Assembly (NCBI GenBank): GCA_003693705.1
Contig: RBZT01000618.1
Coordinates: 1 to 48,691, forward strand
Direction of reading: 5' to 3'
Source of the DNA: Polymyxa betae A26-41
Taxonomy: Eukaryota; Protista; Endomyxa: Phytomyxea
Length of the DNA: 48,691 bases
Part shown: piece by piece, positions 1 through 19,623 of the stretch
Layout: each line of letters begins with the position of its first letter
Position numbering within the stretch: position 1 is the stretch's first letter
The notes under the pieces: model-generated
What the model saw: the letters and a program-made list of their open reading frames with translations, nothing else
The model's database searches: none
What the model was told of the DNA's origin: nothing
Made by a program: the position numbers and the translations under genes

Positions 1-259
1 GTATAATGACGACTTCCGTCGTTCGCTGACGGACTCTTCATTGGAAAACATTCTGCAGTGTCGACACATGTTGCTCCAAAATGAAATCTCCACAATATCT
101 TTCCATATCCGGCCTATTTACTTTGATTTGAATACAAATTAGGGCTATTTTAAGGCAAATGACTGTTTTGACTAATTTCATTTCGAAATAATGACTAAAT
201 TACGGAAAATTAGCTAAATTAGTCATTAGACTATTTTTATGAGGCCTGATTATGTGTTA

Positions 260-530
260 TAAAATGTATTTTGCGTTTGGGCGGTGTGCGTGATTTTGTT
301 TTGGTTTTGAATTTTAATTTTTAACCAAAAATGTAATTGGGTGTTTTTTGGGAAATGGAAAATTGGGGATGGGGTGATTATATTTTTTGGGATGGGCGGG
401 TATGGTATGGGAGTGATATTTTTGGAAAATGGTTTTTGACAATGACAAGGGGGGTTTTTTGGGGTTAGGGTTGATATTTTTGAAATCGGTTTTTGGAAAA
501 TGACAAAACGGATTTTTGGGGGAAAGAAAT
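260..530. repeat. G/T-skewed low-complexity tract with an imperfect ~60-bp tandem duplication and one telomere-like GGGTTAGGGTT
   Basis: The plus strand is almost devoid of C. The unit TGATATTTTT..GAAA(A)T..GGTTTTTG..AATGACAA occurs twice (~413-448, ~472-506), and GGGGTTAGGGTT sits at 461-472. Confidence 0.5.
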
Positions 531-1269
531 ATACACCTTCTTTTTTCGCAGCAATACGATCAGAAACCCAACTGGATTCAAAAGAAGCGATAAGTTGTAA
601 ACGACCAGATCGGCAAATTCAGCAATGAGCCGATAACGAAATTCTGATCTTGTTTACAGATGAATTTGTTAAGAGCAGGTAATTGTGTTGGAAAGTGGCT
701 GCCAACCAAATCATCCAGCTTGGTTTGGTTCGTTCTGAATGGCGTGCGAAAGAATATGGATCGACAGCTTGAAGATGCGATCTTTGACATCGGGCGGCGG
801 ATTTCGAGGGCGATCCTGGGTCGAGTGTTAACGTGGCTCTGCCGGCGAAGGATCCTTTTCGGGCGGAAGTCTTCTGGTTTGCTATGAGGTCGATAGCATT
901 GAGGAGATACGGTTAGGGTTTTAAGTTTGGTATTTATGGGAGCGCGTTTTGGAGTTTTTTGGCATTGTATCTGCATTCGACGGTATTTGGAATATGGATT
1001 CAAAATCAGAATGGTAAGAGCATCTCCAGCGTGGAGCTAAACTGCGAGCTAACGCTAATTTTGGCTCAGAATTTTGCCCCACCGCAGAGCTAAGAGCTAT
1101 CTAAAATTAAAATTGCGGGGGTGCGCAAGCTATCCCAACTGAAATAGCTCCCGAATCTAACTGCAGATCTAGCTGCATTTCTTTCTATTTTTTGAGAAAA
1201 TCTCCAATAAAATCTGCGAAACCGACCGCGCTTTGATTTGAAAAACTAAAGGGATACCGATACGTAACC

Positions 1270-1776
1270 ATTGGGAAGGGAAAGGCTTGGACGTCGGAGG
1301 AAGACATGTTCCTCACCAGATCCATAGTTTCCGTCAGCCACGATCCACTGACAGGAGCCGATCAATAGGCGAAGCAATACTGGGAAAAGGTTTTTGATCA
1401 GTTTAAAAAGTTTGCCAGCGAAACCGGAAGAACTGCTTGCGCTTTAATGAATCGTTGGAAAAAGGATCTGCAGCCGTCTCTCAATGCCTTCTGCGGCCAT
1501 TACAACACCGCCAAAGCGACACAAGAGTCAGGAAAAGAAGAAGAAGATTATATTCTCAAAGCAATGGCGCTTCATGAAGCTGCAGAAAAGACGAAATTTC
1601 AATTTCGTATTATTTGGGAATACCTGAGGGTTAGCGTACCAAAATTTGAAGATACGATAGTCTGCACAGGAACTCCCTCTTTAACATCGCGAATGAAGCG
1701 TCACCGTCCTGACGATCCAACACACTACCCCTCAACCTGTCTTTACTCCAAGATCGACGGGGATTTTTTACAATAG
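1270..1776 (+). pseudogene. Harbinger ORF1 Myb/SANT-like DNA-binding protein, disrupted
   Basis: The frame reads GKAWTSEEDMFL..SHDPLTGADQ*AKQYWEKV..RTACALMNRW..FCGHY..ESG..D..A..F..IWEYL..PKF, the typical Pong/Harbinger ORF1 pattern. There is an in-frame TAG at 1366-1368, ATT at the probable start, and a truncated C-terminus. Confidence 0.85.
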
Positions 1777-2767
1777 CGAATCGCTGTTGAAGAACCCCAA
1801 ATGCTCGTTCAATATCTTTCCGACATGCCTCCTGCATTGTCGAAAAGAACTGACGAGCACTGCCCTGCGGATCAGGAATACTTTTGACGAAAACGGGCCA
1901 ATTTGGATAGATGCCGTCAGCAAGCCAATAAGGAAGATTGTAGACCGAGCCGTTAATTTCGAACTCGGCATTGTGTGCAGTTTCATCCAACAGAGCATGC
2001 AGCAATGGAGACCGCTGCAGAACATTGATGTCGTTCAATGATCCTGGCATACCGAAAAAGGCATGCCAAAACCAAAGGTCATAGGACACAGCGGCCTCGA
2101 GAACAATGCAAGTTCCTTTGATGCCTCGGTATGATCCTTGCCAAGCTCTCGGGCAGTTCTTCCATTTCCAATTATATCAGTCGATCGATCCAACCATTCC
2201 TGGAAATCCCCGCTTAGCGTTTTCCTGCATTATTCTTTGGAGGTCTTCGACAGTTGGAGAACGAAGGTACTCGTCGCCGAATTTTCCAATAATTGCTTTA
2301 CAGAACCGGTCAAGGCATTCGCTAGCTGTAGATTCCCCGATTCTGACATATTCATCAACAGCGTCGTAGGCGCATCCATACGCCAGAATTCGTATCGCTG
2401 CTACAGCTTTTTGTAATGTTGACAGTCCAGGTTCCCCAAGAGCGTTCTTCTTTTCTTGAAAGTAATCATCGTACTCTCGTATTCCAGCCGTTATTCGCAG
2501 AAACAATGCTCGACGCATTCGAAAACGACGACGAAAGAGTCTTGCACCATAAACAGGTCGTTCAGCAAAGTAATCCATATAAATACGCCGATGACCCTCA
2601 GCGAAACCACGGTCGTTATTGGGAGCTCGTCCAATAACAGATCCGCCGAAATTAGGCTCCTCTTCGCTGTCGCTAGATTCTAGATCAGCGAGAAGGAATT
2701 CCTCTATATCATCGTCCATCACAGCCTGCTGACGGGCGCGGAACATTACGTCTTCAATGAACGTCAT
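1631..2767 (-). pseudogene. Harbinger DDE transposase (HARBI1/Plant_tran-like), disrupted
   Basis: ORFs 2177-2767 and 1631-2089 are in the same frame. Motifs: FRRRFRMRR, GFPGMVGSID*YNWKWKNCP (TGA at the conserved Cys), GSLNDINVL, WLADGIYP, RKDIERAFGVLQ. The expected C-terminal CxILHN motif is missing. Confidence 0.93.
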
Positions 2768-2938
2768 GATTTATTATAGAAATTGTATAGATGCAATGCA
2801 GCAGCGAAGCTGATGTACATAGATAGCTTTTTCAACGCGGTGAACTAATCGCGAATAGCTCAGAGCTAAAATTCTCCGCCGCGCAAAAATCCGCATTAAT
2901 AGCTTTTGCTTTAGCTCCCAGCGGTGGAGTTGCTCTAA

Positions 2939-3539
2939 GACCCTGGTTCAAGTAAATAGACCCCGTGGCGCAATTGATGCTTCCACCAATCAGATTGCGA
3001 GTTGGTCTATTTCCAGATCTATTACGGAATATGATCTCCGTGGGGTTCGTTTCTGAAATAGACTTCTATTCCAGGTCAAGAATACGCAATAAAATTGCAT
3101 TTTTTTCATGGATCCGATGGTTGCTGAAGCTGTTACAGGGGGTCTGGTGGTTTCATTAACGACCCTAGCGGCTGGAATGATTGCAGCATGAACCCTGGTT
3201 CAGGTGTCGGTTTCAGTGACAGGAGGGGATCATTGGCTGGGCACACGTTGATATCAGCTCGGAGTTCGTTTGCACAGGCTAGATTTCGGCAATTACAATT
3301 GGAAAACTACAACGAAGCTACACTGGAAGCAAGGTAACTATTACGAACGAAGAACAGGAAAGTGAATCTTATACGTAAAGAGTTATTGCAACAAACTGCG
3401 CCCTTTCAGTACAGACGCAGAATTTGTTGCGGCACTCACGCAAAAACTGTTCATCTATTTCTTGATATATTGATGGGCGATTTACTTTGGCCGCAATTTC
3501 TGAAATTGTCCGAGGCGTCTATTTACTTGAACCAGGGTC
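2939..3539. mobile_element. Non-autonomous Harbinger-type element/MITE (element E2, 601 bp)
   Basis: Perfect 23-bp TIRs GACCCTGGTTCAAGTAAATAGAC (2939-2961 and 3517-3539), flanked by TAA at 2936-2938 and 3540-3542. No recognisable coding content. Confidence 0.9.
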
Positions 3540-3542
3540 TAA

Positions 3543-3839
3543 GAGCATCCACACCGCGCCCTTCTATTCACGAAGTTAAGCTACGGTAAGATAGCAATAG
3601 AATAGCAAAAAATTGCCGCTGCGCACAGTTCTATTCCGAAGTTTAAAATAGATCGACGCTATTTTCCCCTCGATCGTCGCTAAAATCTTTCTATCGGGTT
3701 CTTAGGCAAAACCGAAAATACAACTGCGGATAGTTAACTTAATCCCCGCGGTGTGAGAATTCGGTTCTATTCTATTTTACGCGGATTATTTCTGCTCTGA
3801 ATAGATTTGGACGAATAGATTTGCGCGATGTGGATGCTC
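3543..3839. mobile_element. Tourist-like MITE (element E3, 297 bp)
   Basis: TIRs GAGCATCCACACCGCGCCCTTCTATTC / revcomp GAGCATCCACATCGCGCAAATCTATTC (23 of 27 identical). TAA at 3540-3542 and 3840-3842. Internal CTATT/AATAG repeats. Confidence 0.92.
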
Positions 3840-4045
3840 TAAGAACGGGTGTTTTACACGAATAAATTCAGTAAATAAATCCGCCAAGTCTGGCCATTGC
3901 TCCAAGTCTCTAAATGTGTATTCGCAAAAAGCCAGTGAGATTTAATCTCGATCGGAAAGCAAGCCAGTTGATGTTAGCGTTGGAAAATAGCAAGGTCCAA
4001 AAAGAAGGGGTAACCCCAACTCAATGAAATTCAAAAATACACAAA

Positions 4046-4116
4046 TGCGCCGTCCGGGAATCGAACCCGGGACAACTCGTTGGCAACGAGCTATTATACC
4101 ACTTAACCAACAGCGC
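4046..4116 (-). tRNA. tRNA-Gly(GCC)
   Basis: GCGCTGTTGGTTAAGTGGTATAATAGCTCG-TTGCCAA-CGAGTTGTCCCGGGTTCGATTCCCGGACGGCGCA: 7-bp acceptor stem, GCC anticodon, GTTCGATTC T-loop, and a T5 Pol III terminator just downstream. Confidence 0.97.
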
Positions 4117-4382
4117 TTTCAGATGAGAAATACAGCAATTAATGCTCTTAATCTGGTCTGACAATTCAGGTTTGTCGGTCTTAACCACTTGTCCTCTACG
4201 CTCCTACAGTACCTGCTGCAATCAAAGGTAAAGGCGCAGGAGAATGCAGTGAGTGACTGTATGGGCATAACCCTCTATGATATCAGCCAAGCCTATTCTA
4301 GACGGTAACCTCACTGTATATCCAGAATTTCTGCATAACAGCTGACATCGTTCTATCTCCAGGCTCTTACAATCACTCTACA

Positions 4383-5306
4383 ATGATGTTCACGATCTCC
4401 TTGCTCCTTTTGAGCACGCTGTCCAGCGCCGTTGTTCGCAACTGCCAAGAAAATGTCGTGATCGCCATCGACCAGACCCCAGAGAACACGGTTGTCGAGG
4501 CCTACAACCTGAATGGATTCTATACATTCGCCGAGGGGCCATCGCTTGACCAGCTGGTCGTAGTGAATCGTCGACCAGCGACGCCGGCTCAATGCGATCA
4601 GTTCCTGCAAGCCTTCAATATCGAACCGGACCGTCTAAGGCCCAACTGCCTGAACGACACCCAGATCGGGTTGAACGTGTGCGAGGGCCAGCGTGGTCTG
4701 GACGACTATGACGCCCCCCTGACTTACGCCAAGATCTGCAACACGGATGCGATGTTCTACCTCCGGATCGAAGGCAGCGTCTATCGGCGCGTTCTGACGA
4801 TCTATCAGAACGTCAACGAGTTCCAGGCGACTCCTGAAGCGCAGGTCGCACTCGTGCCGGACGCCGCACGCATCCTGCTGGCTAAAACGACGTGTCGATC
4901 GAATTCAACGTCGCCCGCAACCTCCGCGCCTTCGTCTGGGTTGCCATCAGTGAGCCCGAGACCATCGCCGCCGGCAACGGCCTATCCGGCGACGCCGGTG
5001 AACGTGACGGCCTCGACGCCGCCGGTGAATGTGACAACCTCGATGCCGCCGGTGAACGTGACGGCCTCGATGCCGCCGCTGAATGTGACGGCCTCGATGC
5101 CGCCGCTGAATGTGACGGCCTCGATGCCGCCGGTGAATGCGACCACTCCGTTGCCGTCGAATGTGACGACCCCAAAGCCGACATCGAACACGTCGGATGA
5201 CGATTTGTCGGGTATTATAGATGATGTGGATCAGAACGGTGCCGCTCAGCATGCCATGCCGATATTTACTGCCGCATTCATAAGCTTGGGCTTATTGCTG
5301 CTATAA
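4383..5306 (+). CDS. Secreted, probably GPI-anchored mucin-like surface glycoprotein (307 aa)
   Basis: Intronless GC-rich ORF with an N-terminal signal peptide (MMFTISLLLLSTLSSA), a Cys-containing globular part, an S/T/P stalk with repeats, and a C-terminal NGA + spacer + hydrophobic tail (IFTAAFISLGLLLL). Confidence 0.85.
   Translation: MMFTISLLLLSTLSSAVVRNCQENVVIAIDQTPENTVVEAYNLNGFYTFAEGPSLDQLVVVNRRPATPAQCDQFLQAFNIEPDRLRPNCLNDTQIGLNVCEGQRGLDDYDAPLTYAKICNTDAMFYLRIEGSVYRRVLTIYQNVNEFQATPEAQVALVPDAARILLAKTTCRSNSTSPATSAPSSGLPSVSPRPSPPATAYPATPVNVTASTPPVNVTTSMPPVNVTASMPPLNVTASMPPLNVTASMPPVNATTPLPSNVTTPKPTSNTSDDDLSGIIDDVDQNGAAQHAMPIFTAAFISLGLLLL
4995..5156 (+). repeat. 27-bp coding tandem repeat, ~6 units of P(V/L)NVTASMP
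   Basis: Unit CCG(G/C)TGAA(C/T)GTGACGGCCTCGATGCCG. Each unit encodes an N-x-T sequon. Confidence 0.95.
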
Positions 5307-6679
5307 TCCATACTTAATATTGCTTGTAAAATATTGTCTGAAACCTCTACATGCGTATAATGCAATCGATCAAATGATAATAAATCAGATTTTGCATTGT
5401 CGTTGAGCTACCTTATAAATTCAGTTTTCTTTTATGGATTTCTCATCGCATTCTATACCGGTTTCACCATATCAGATAGTTTCATTTTTATCATCGACGA
5501 TAATGGCTGTTGCACCACCGGTTTCGCTATTGCTTTTTCAACGTCAAAAACAACGCTATTCGCAAAATCGATAAAACACAGACCACTTCTCTCTAGAGAG
5601 ACCTTGCACATTGAAATTTCTCAATGTCTGTTGAAATCTGGATTGCTGAAGATCTTTGCTCGACAGTTTCTCCAGACGAAAAAAAAATGATTCAATTGGA
5701 ACTTGGAACAAATGCATGAAACGGCCGAGAGGCTGTCATGCAAATTTACCAGTATGTCGACATCAGTTAAAATCGTCTCAAGCATACGCACTCTGGAGGA
5801 CATTTTATGCAGACCTCCGCGCAGTTTTAGTTTCACAGTCGCGCAGTAAACAATTGTTTGACGCTGTTATAATCGAGACTCAGACACTTCGATATTCTGT
5901 CATCTGTTCGTCCCAAGTGTACGGCATTTTGTTTTTACTTTTTTTAACTTACTGCGCAATTCTTTTTCTGCGACACTGCTGAGCGAAGAAAATCTGCGCA
6001 TCCATCAAATGACTGATTGGAAGATTGTGAGGGCGGTTCCCTTCTCTTGATTGTTGATGGGCCGTTTTCTCACTCACGTTCGAAGGTCGTCTATGGGCAA
6101 TGTCTTAAAGGTGCGAATGTGGCGCCATGCTATGGGGATTATGGCGGCAAACCACCCGAGCCTGCACCATACTGCAATCGCTATTGAGCGACAGACTCGC
6201 GTCAAACGGCGCCGCCTAGATGACGGCTGCAATGGTTTTCTGAAAGCTCGCTGTCTGGACGCCGCCTGTACATTCTCCTATGAAGATATTCCTCAACCAA
6301 AGGCACCGCCGGTTCCGCCAGCTCGTGCTCTGCCGCCTGATATCCCTTGTCGATGCATGAAGAGATCGAGACTTTGTGGTCGACGTCCATGCGAAGTTCG
6401 TCTTGCTAATAATTCTATGTTTGTAGCGTTTTGTTGGATTTTTTCGTTCTTAATTCATGTAGGCTGTGCAAAGAGATTCAAAATCGACTTTCACCCGGTC
6501 GATGGCTGACCAGCGAGATCGGTAAAACTTGATATTTTTTTCTCAAAGTTTCTGATTGAAAAATTTTAGTTAACTCGTACTTGCATCTGGTCTGTTCGTC
6601 ATTATCTGGCCATGTTGCGGCTGCATCGAGTTTCATGCTGACCTCGTTAATGTCGGCGAGTGGCGGCGACGGCGTTCGC

Positions 6680-7102
6680 GGGCATCGTTGGACGAAATAC
6701 GTCGATTGGAACACCACCCGGTTGTTGTTGATTCCGATACATTTGGAGTCACGAGCACACTGGCTGCTGGCAGTCGCTAATCTAACGACCCATTCTATTA
6801 TGGAGCTGGATCCATTACCTCCAAGAGCGTTGGGCCCGGCGAATTATCTGGTCTGCCTGCGAGATTATATGAAAGAGGAGATGTCCATGAAGATGAGCGA
6901 TGATCGGGAATGGGCGATTCAGCAGTGGCCGACGAAGGTGCCGAAGCAAGCGAACGGCGACGATTGCGGCGTGTTTGTCTGCGAGTTCGCAAGGCGGATT
7001 GTGGATCGGCAGGACGTGGCGTCAATTGATCCAAGAAGAATGAATGAGGTCAGAAGACGAATTTGTCGCGAACTGCTGTCTGTCAAATTAAATAATCGAT
7101 AA
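6680..7102 (+). pseudogene. Ulp1/SENP-family (C48) SUMO protease, C-terminal part only; probably transposon-borne
   Basis: RWTKYVD..LLIPIH..AHWLLAV..ELD..PKQANGDDCGVFVC contains the His/Asp/Gln/Cys catalytic motifs. The upstream W-L-N-D..INFY segment is not visible in frame. Confidence 0.75.
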
Positions 7103-7200
7103 CATCTTTTACTATGAAATCAGCTGGACAGATTCGCAGAAGAGTTCTTGCCATCATCTCATTGGCGTCTTAATAACCCTCTCTCTCTCTCGCCTTCTAG

Positions 7201-16934
<9,734 letters not shown>

Positions 16935-17062
16935 CAAGTGTATGTGAACATTCATTGAGTGCAGCAATGAATCGATCGGCTCGCCTGTGTTTAAGGTAGC
17001 CGAACTACGTAGAGCCATACTGGCCCGCGCTTTGGATGACTATACAAAGGCAAGTGGGTGTA

Positions 17063-17386
17063 TTAGTTGCCGAGGAGAAACCAGATCAGGAAGGCGATGA
17101 TGGAAGCGATTAAGATGGATAGGATGATGGTGGTCTTGACAGATTTGCACCACATTCGTCGATTGACCTGTTTGGTCTTCTTCTGAAAGGTGGCAGCGTG
17201 TGCATTCAATCGCTCGGCCTTGTTGTCCAGCTGGTCCAGCTGATCGCCACGCTGCAGCGTCTTCTCGATATTGTCTTTCATGACATTCTGAAAAGAATCT
17301 TATCGAAAAGACTGTTAGTTGGCTTCGGGAATTACCTTGGTCCGTTCGATCTCGACACGGATCTCATCTTGCTTGTTCATGGCCAT
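17063..17386 (-). CDS. Synaptobrevin/VAMP R-SNARE (brevin, ~91 aa), paralog 1
   Basis: Exons 17386-17336 and 17287-17063. VMKDNIEKTLQRGDQLDQL R-SNARE motif followed by a C-terminal TM helix. Confidence 0.95.
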
Positions 17387-17473
17387 GTTTTGAGATATTA
17401 GTTGCGTTTGATGTTAAAACAACGGTTAAATTGGTGAATGACGGGACGGCTGAATTGGAAATTGGGTTCAGCT

Positions 17474-17484
17474 CGTGACTCAAT
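17474..17484. promoter_or_regulatory. CGTGACTCAAT (AP-1/GCN4-like TGACTCA) upstream of VAMP paralog 1
   Basis: An identical 11-mer lies at a similar distance upstream of both VAMP start codons. Confidence 0.45.
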
Positions 17485-18210
17485 CTCGATCAATGGGCCC
17501 AGACTGATCTTTCCTAAAATTGAATCAATCCTTAGGCATCGTGTGTATTCAATCCTGATCATTGATTTCCAGTTACATTAACTGCTAAACGTTGTATTAT
17601 TTAGACTGATTCCAATTATGCGAATCGATGCGATCCAAAACCCCATTAGTTGTTTCCATATCAACTGGAATCGCTAAATCGTTGCGGCCGTCCAGAATTA
17701 TAGAGATCAGGAAAATCTTTCTAGTTATGGGTAAGGCGGCTGTCTCGCTTTATGACCTTTGTCATGACAACTCCAATGCCAGTGAGAATCGAAGTTGAAG
17801 TCGCGTCGAAAATTAATCCGATTGCTGTTTTGAGGCACAGCGATTGATTCCCTGGCACTGTACAGCTTGAATGCTGTCTGGCGCCGGGGTGCACTATCGT
17901 TGTTGCCTCTCGAATTGCGATTCAACGTCTATTCCATACCTCCAGCTTCCGAACAGCCGCTAGGTTACAATTTCTTCGACTCAATCGGCACATGATTTCA
18001 TTGATAAAGTCGACTAGATGGCGATTAGCAGAAATCGGGTGGCGCTGGCTGGCCTCTTGGCGATGACTACGCCGGCTTCGGCGACAATGCGTTGCGCACC
18101 GGCTAAGAATGTGTGGCGCTCGGTGCACAAGCGCCATCGCCGAGGCTATTGGCTGCCGTCTCAGGGGCGTATGTCTCCGTATTCTGGCATTTTACTGGAC
18201 CGGCTTGAAG

Positions 18211-18588
18211 ATGGATAACATCCCGCGCGTTCCGAATGAGCGCCCTCGTATTCTGTACAATTGGCGTCCGCGTATGATGGCGACAGTTCGCGGCGCCCTG
18301 TCCCAGACCATGGTATGCGGTCGTGCTGACTCAGAGAACGGCTGACGCCCAATGTAGACGTTCCCATTGCTGTATATCATGGCAGCGACGATTATGGGCG
18401 GGGCAGCGTTCACCCTTCAGACGAATTTATGGAACCCGGAAGGCACCTGGCAGAAAGGTCGTCGCATGCGTATGATCCTGAACGAAGACGATGCGAAACT
18501 TGGTGAATGGTATATTCATAAGCACTATCGTCAATACTTCGTCCAGCGACAGAAGAAGCTTTGGGATATGATGGGCATCCCACATTAG
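18211..18588 (+). CDS. B12D/NDUFA4(MLRQ)-like small mitochondrial membrane protein
   Basis: Exons 18211-18312 and 18358-18588. TFPLL + TM + NLWNPEG..KGRR..LN..GEWY..H.R matches the B12D family pattern. Confidence 0.75.
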
Positions 18589-18729
18589 TAATAAGACGAT
18601 CCTAATAAACAAAGGCACTATCTAGTTCGAACAATTTCAACCAACAGTTTATATTGGACAGATGCCAGAGGATGATATTAAATGAGGGGTGCTGCTGTTC
18701 AGATTCATGAACATAAGACGACGATTGGT

Positions 18730-19311
18730 TTAGGACCGGGGCGTGAAAGCGCCAGCTAAGAAGAGGATCAAAAGCAAAAGCAAGACGACGATCAGGAACA
18801 AGGCGATCGAATTACGCCACGACTGCCAGCCTAAGCATGCCATTGTAAGCGACTCGGGTCGTTCAGATAAGAAGCGAAAACAGCACAGAGCTGTAAGAAA
18901 AAAAGCAATGGCAGAATGATCGAAAAGAATGGGCATCTTAGAAATGCAAAATATTGGTAATAATATAGTACGAATCCAAAATTATAAACCTGCAATAAGC
19001 ATTTAGCGAAACTGTCAGAAAACTATAGAAAAAGGTGAAATGAGAAAACTGCAGAGCGTACAATAAGCTCGTTTAGCCTGTCCAGTCTTCTTCTTAAAGG
19101 TCTGAGCCTGCGAATTCAATCGGTCAGCTTTGGCCTCCATCTCATCGAGCTGGTCGCCACGATCCAGCGTCGCCTCGATGTTCTTCTTCATAACATTCTA
19201 GGAGCAGGTCAGGGAGGAGCTCAGCAAGGTCAGCCTGAAAAAACTGACCTTGGTCTTATCAATTTCGATTTGGATGTCTTCCATCTTGGTACGGTTCGAT
19301 GTCGCCGCCAT
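18730..19311 (-). CDS. Synaptobrevin/VAMP R-SNARE (brevin), paralog 2, three exons
   Basis: MAATSNRTKMEDIQIEIDKTK|NVMKKNIEATLDRGDQLDEM..AY|CWQSWRNS + TM. The first intron is at the same position as in paralog 1. The second intron spans 19061-18831. Confidence 0.92.
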
Positions 19312-19390
19312 TGAAGCCAATCAGTGAATGAAGACGCTGCCAGTACAAGTAGAGCTCAACAAATAGTCGAAACGCACTTTATATTTTTTG

Positions 19391-19401
19391 CGTGACTCAA
19401 T
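19391..19401. promoter_or_regulatory. CGTGACTCAAT (AP-1/GCN4-like) upstream of VAMP paralog 2
   Basis: Same 11-mer as 17474-17484, ~80 bp upstream of the ATG. Confidence 0.45.
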
Positions 19402-19623
19402 ATACGGGCTGCGCCACTACTCTCTGTGACGCACTAAAAACTGCGCCACTGACAACTTTGCAGAGCCTTTCACAGTACCGATGATCGGGGTTCGTACGAC
19501 CGAACAATATCTGGGATATGGTGTCAGACAAAACTCACTTCCAGAATCATCCAGATCCGGTTTTTTTTTATCATCGGACGTCGCCAAATGGTTTCTCGTT
19601 TTTCAGAAAATTTCGACAAATTG

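Larger units (their letters stand above)
1018..2935. mobile_element. PIF/Harbinger (Pong-like) DNA transposon, degenerate and internally deleted (element E1)
   Basis: Left TIR GAGCATCTCCAGCG..GGAGCTAAA and right TIR (revcomp) GAGCAACTCCACCG..GGAGCTAAA. TAA at 1015-1017 and 2936-2938. Subterminal AGCTA/TAGCT repeats. Carries convergent Myb/SANT-like and DDE transposase frames. Confidence 0.95.

Noticed and set aside
461-472. True telomere or chromosome end
   Set aside because: Only about two repeat units. Similar short motifs elsewhere can be telo-boxes, CTAAC branch points or coding sequence.
2177-2179. TGA at the conserved Cys of the transposase as Sec/Cys recoding or an alternative genetic code
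   Set aside because: The same element has a TAG in ORF1 and a deletion, and TGA terminates ordinary genes here (PP2C, DUF676 copy A). It is a nonsense mutation.
4882-5252. Overlapping alternative-frame and antisense ORFs
   Set aside because: By-products of the stop-free 27-bp GC-rich repeat of the 4383-5306 gene.
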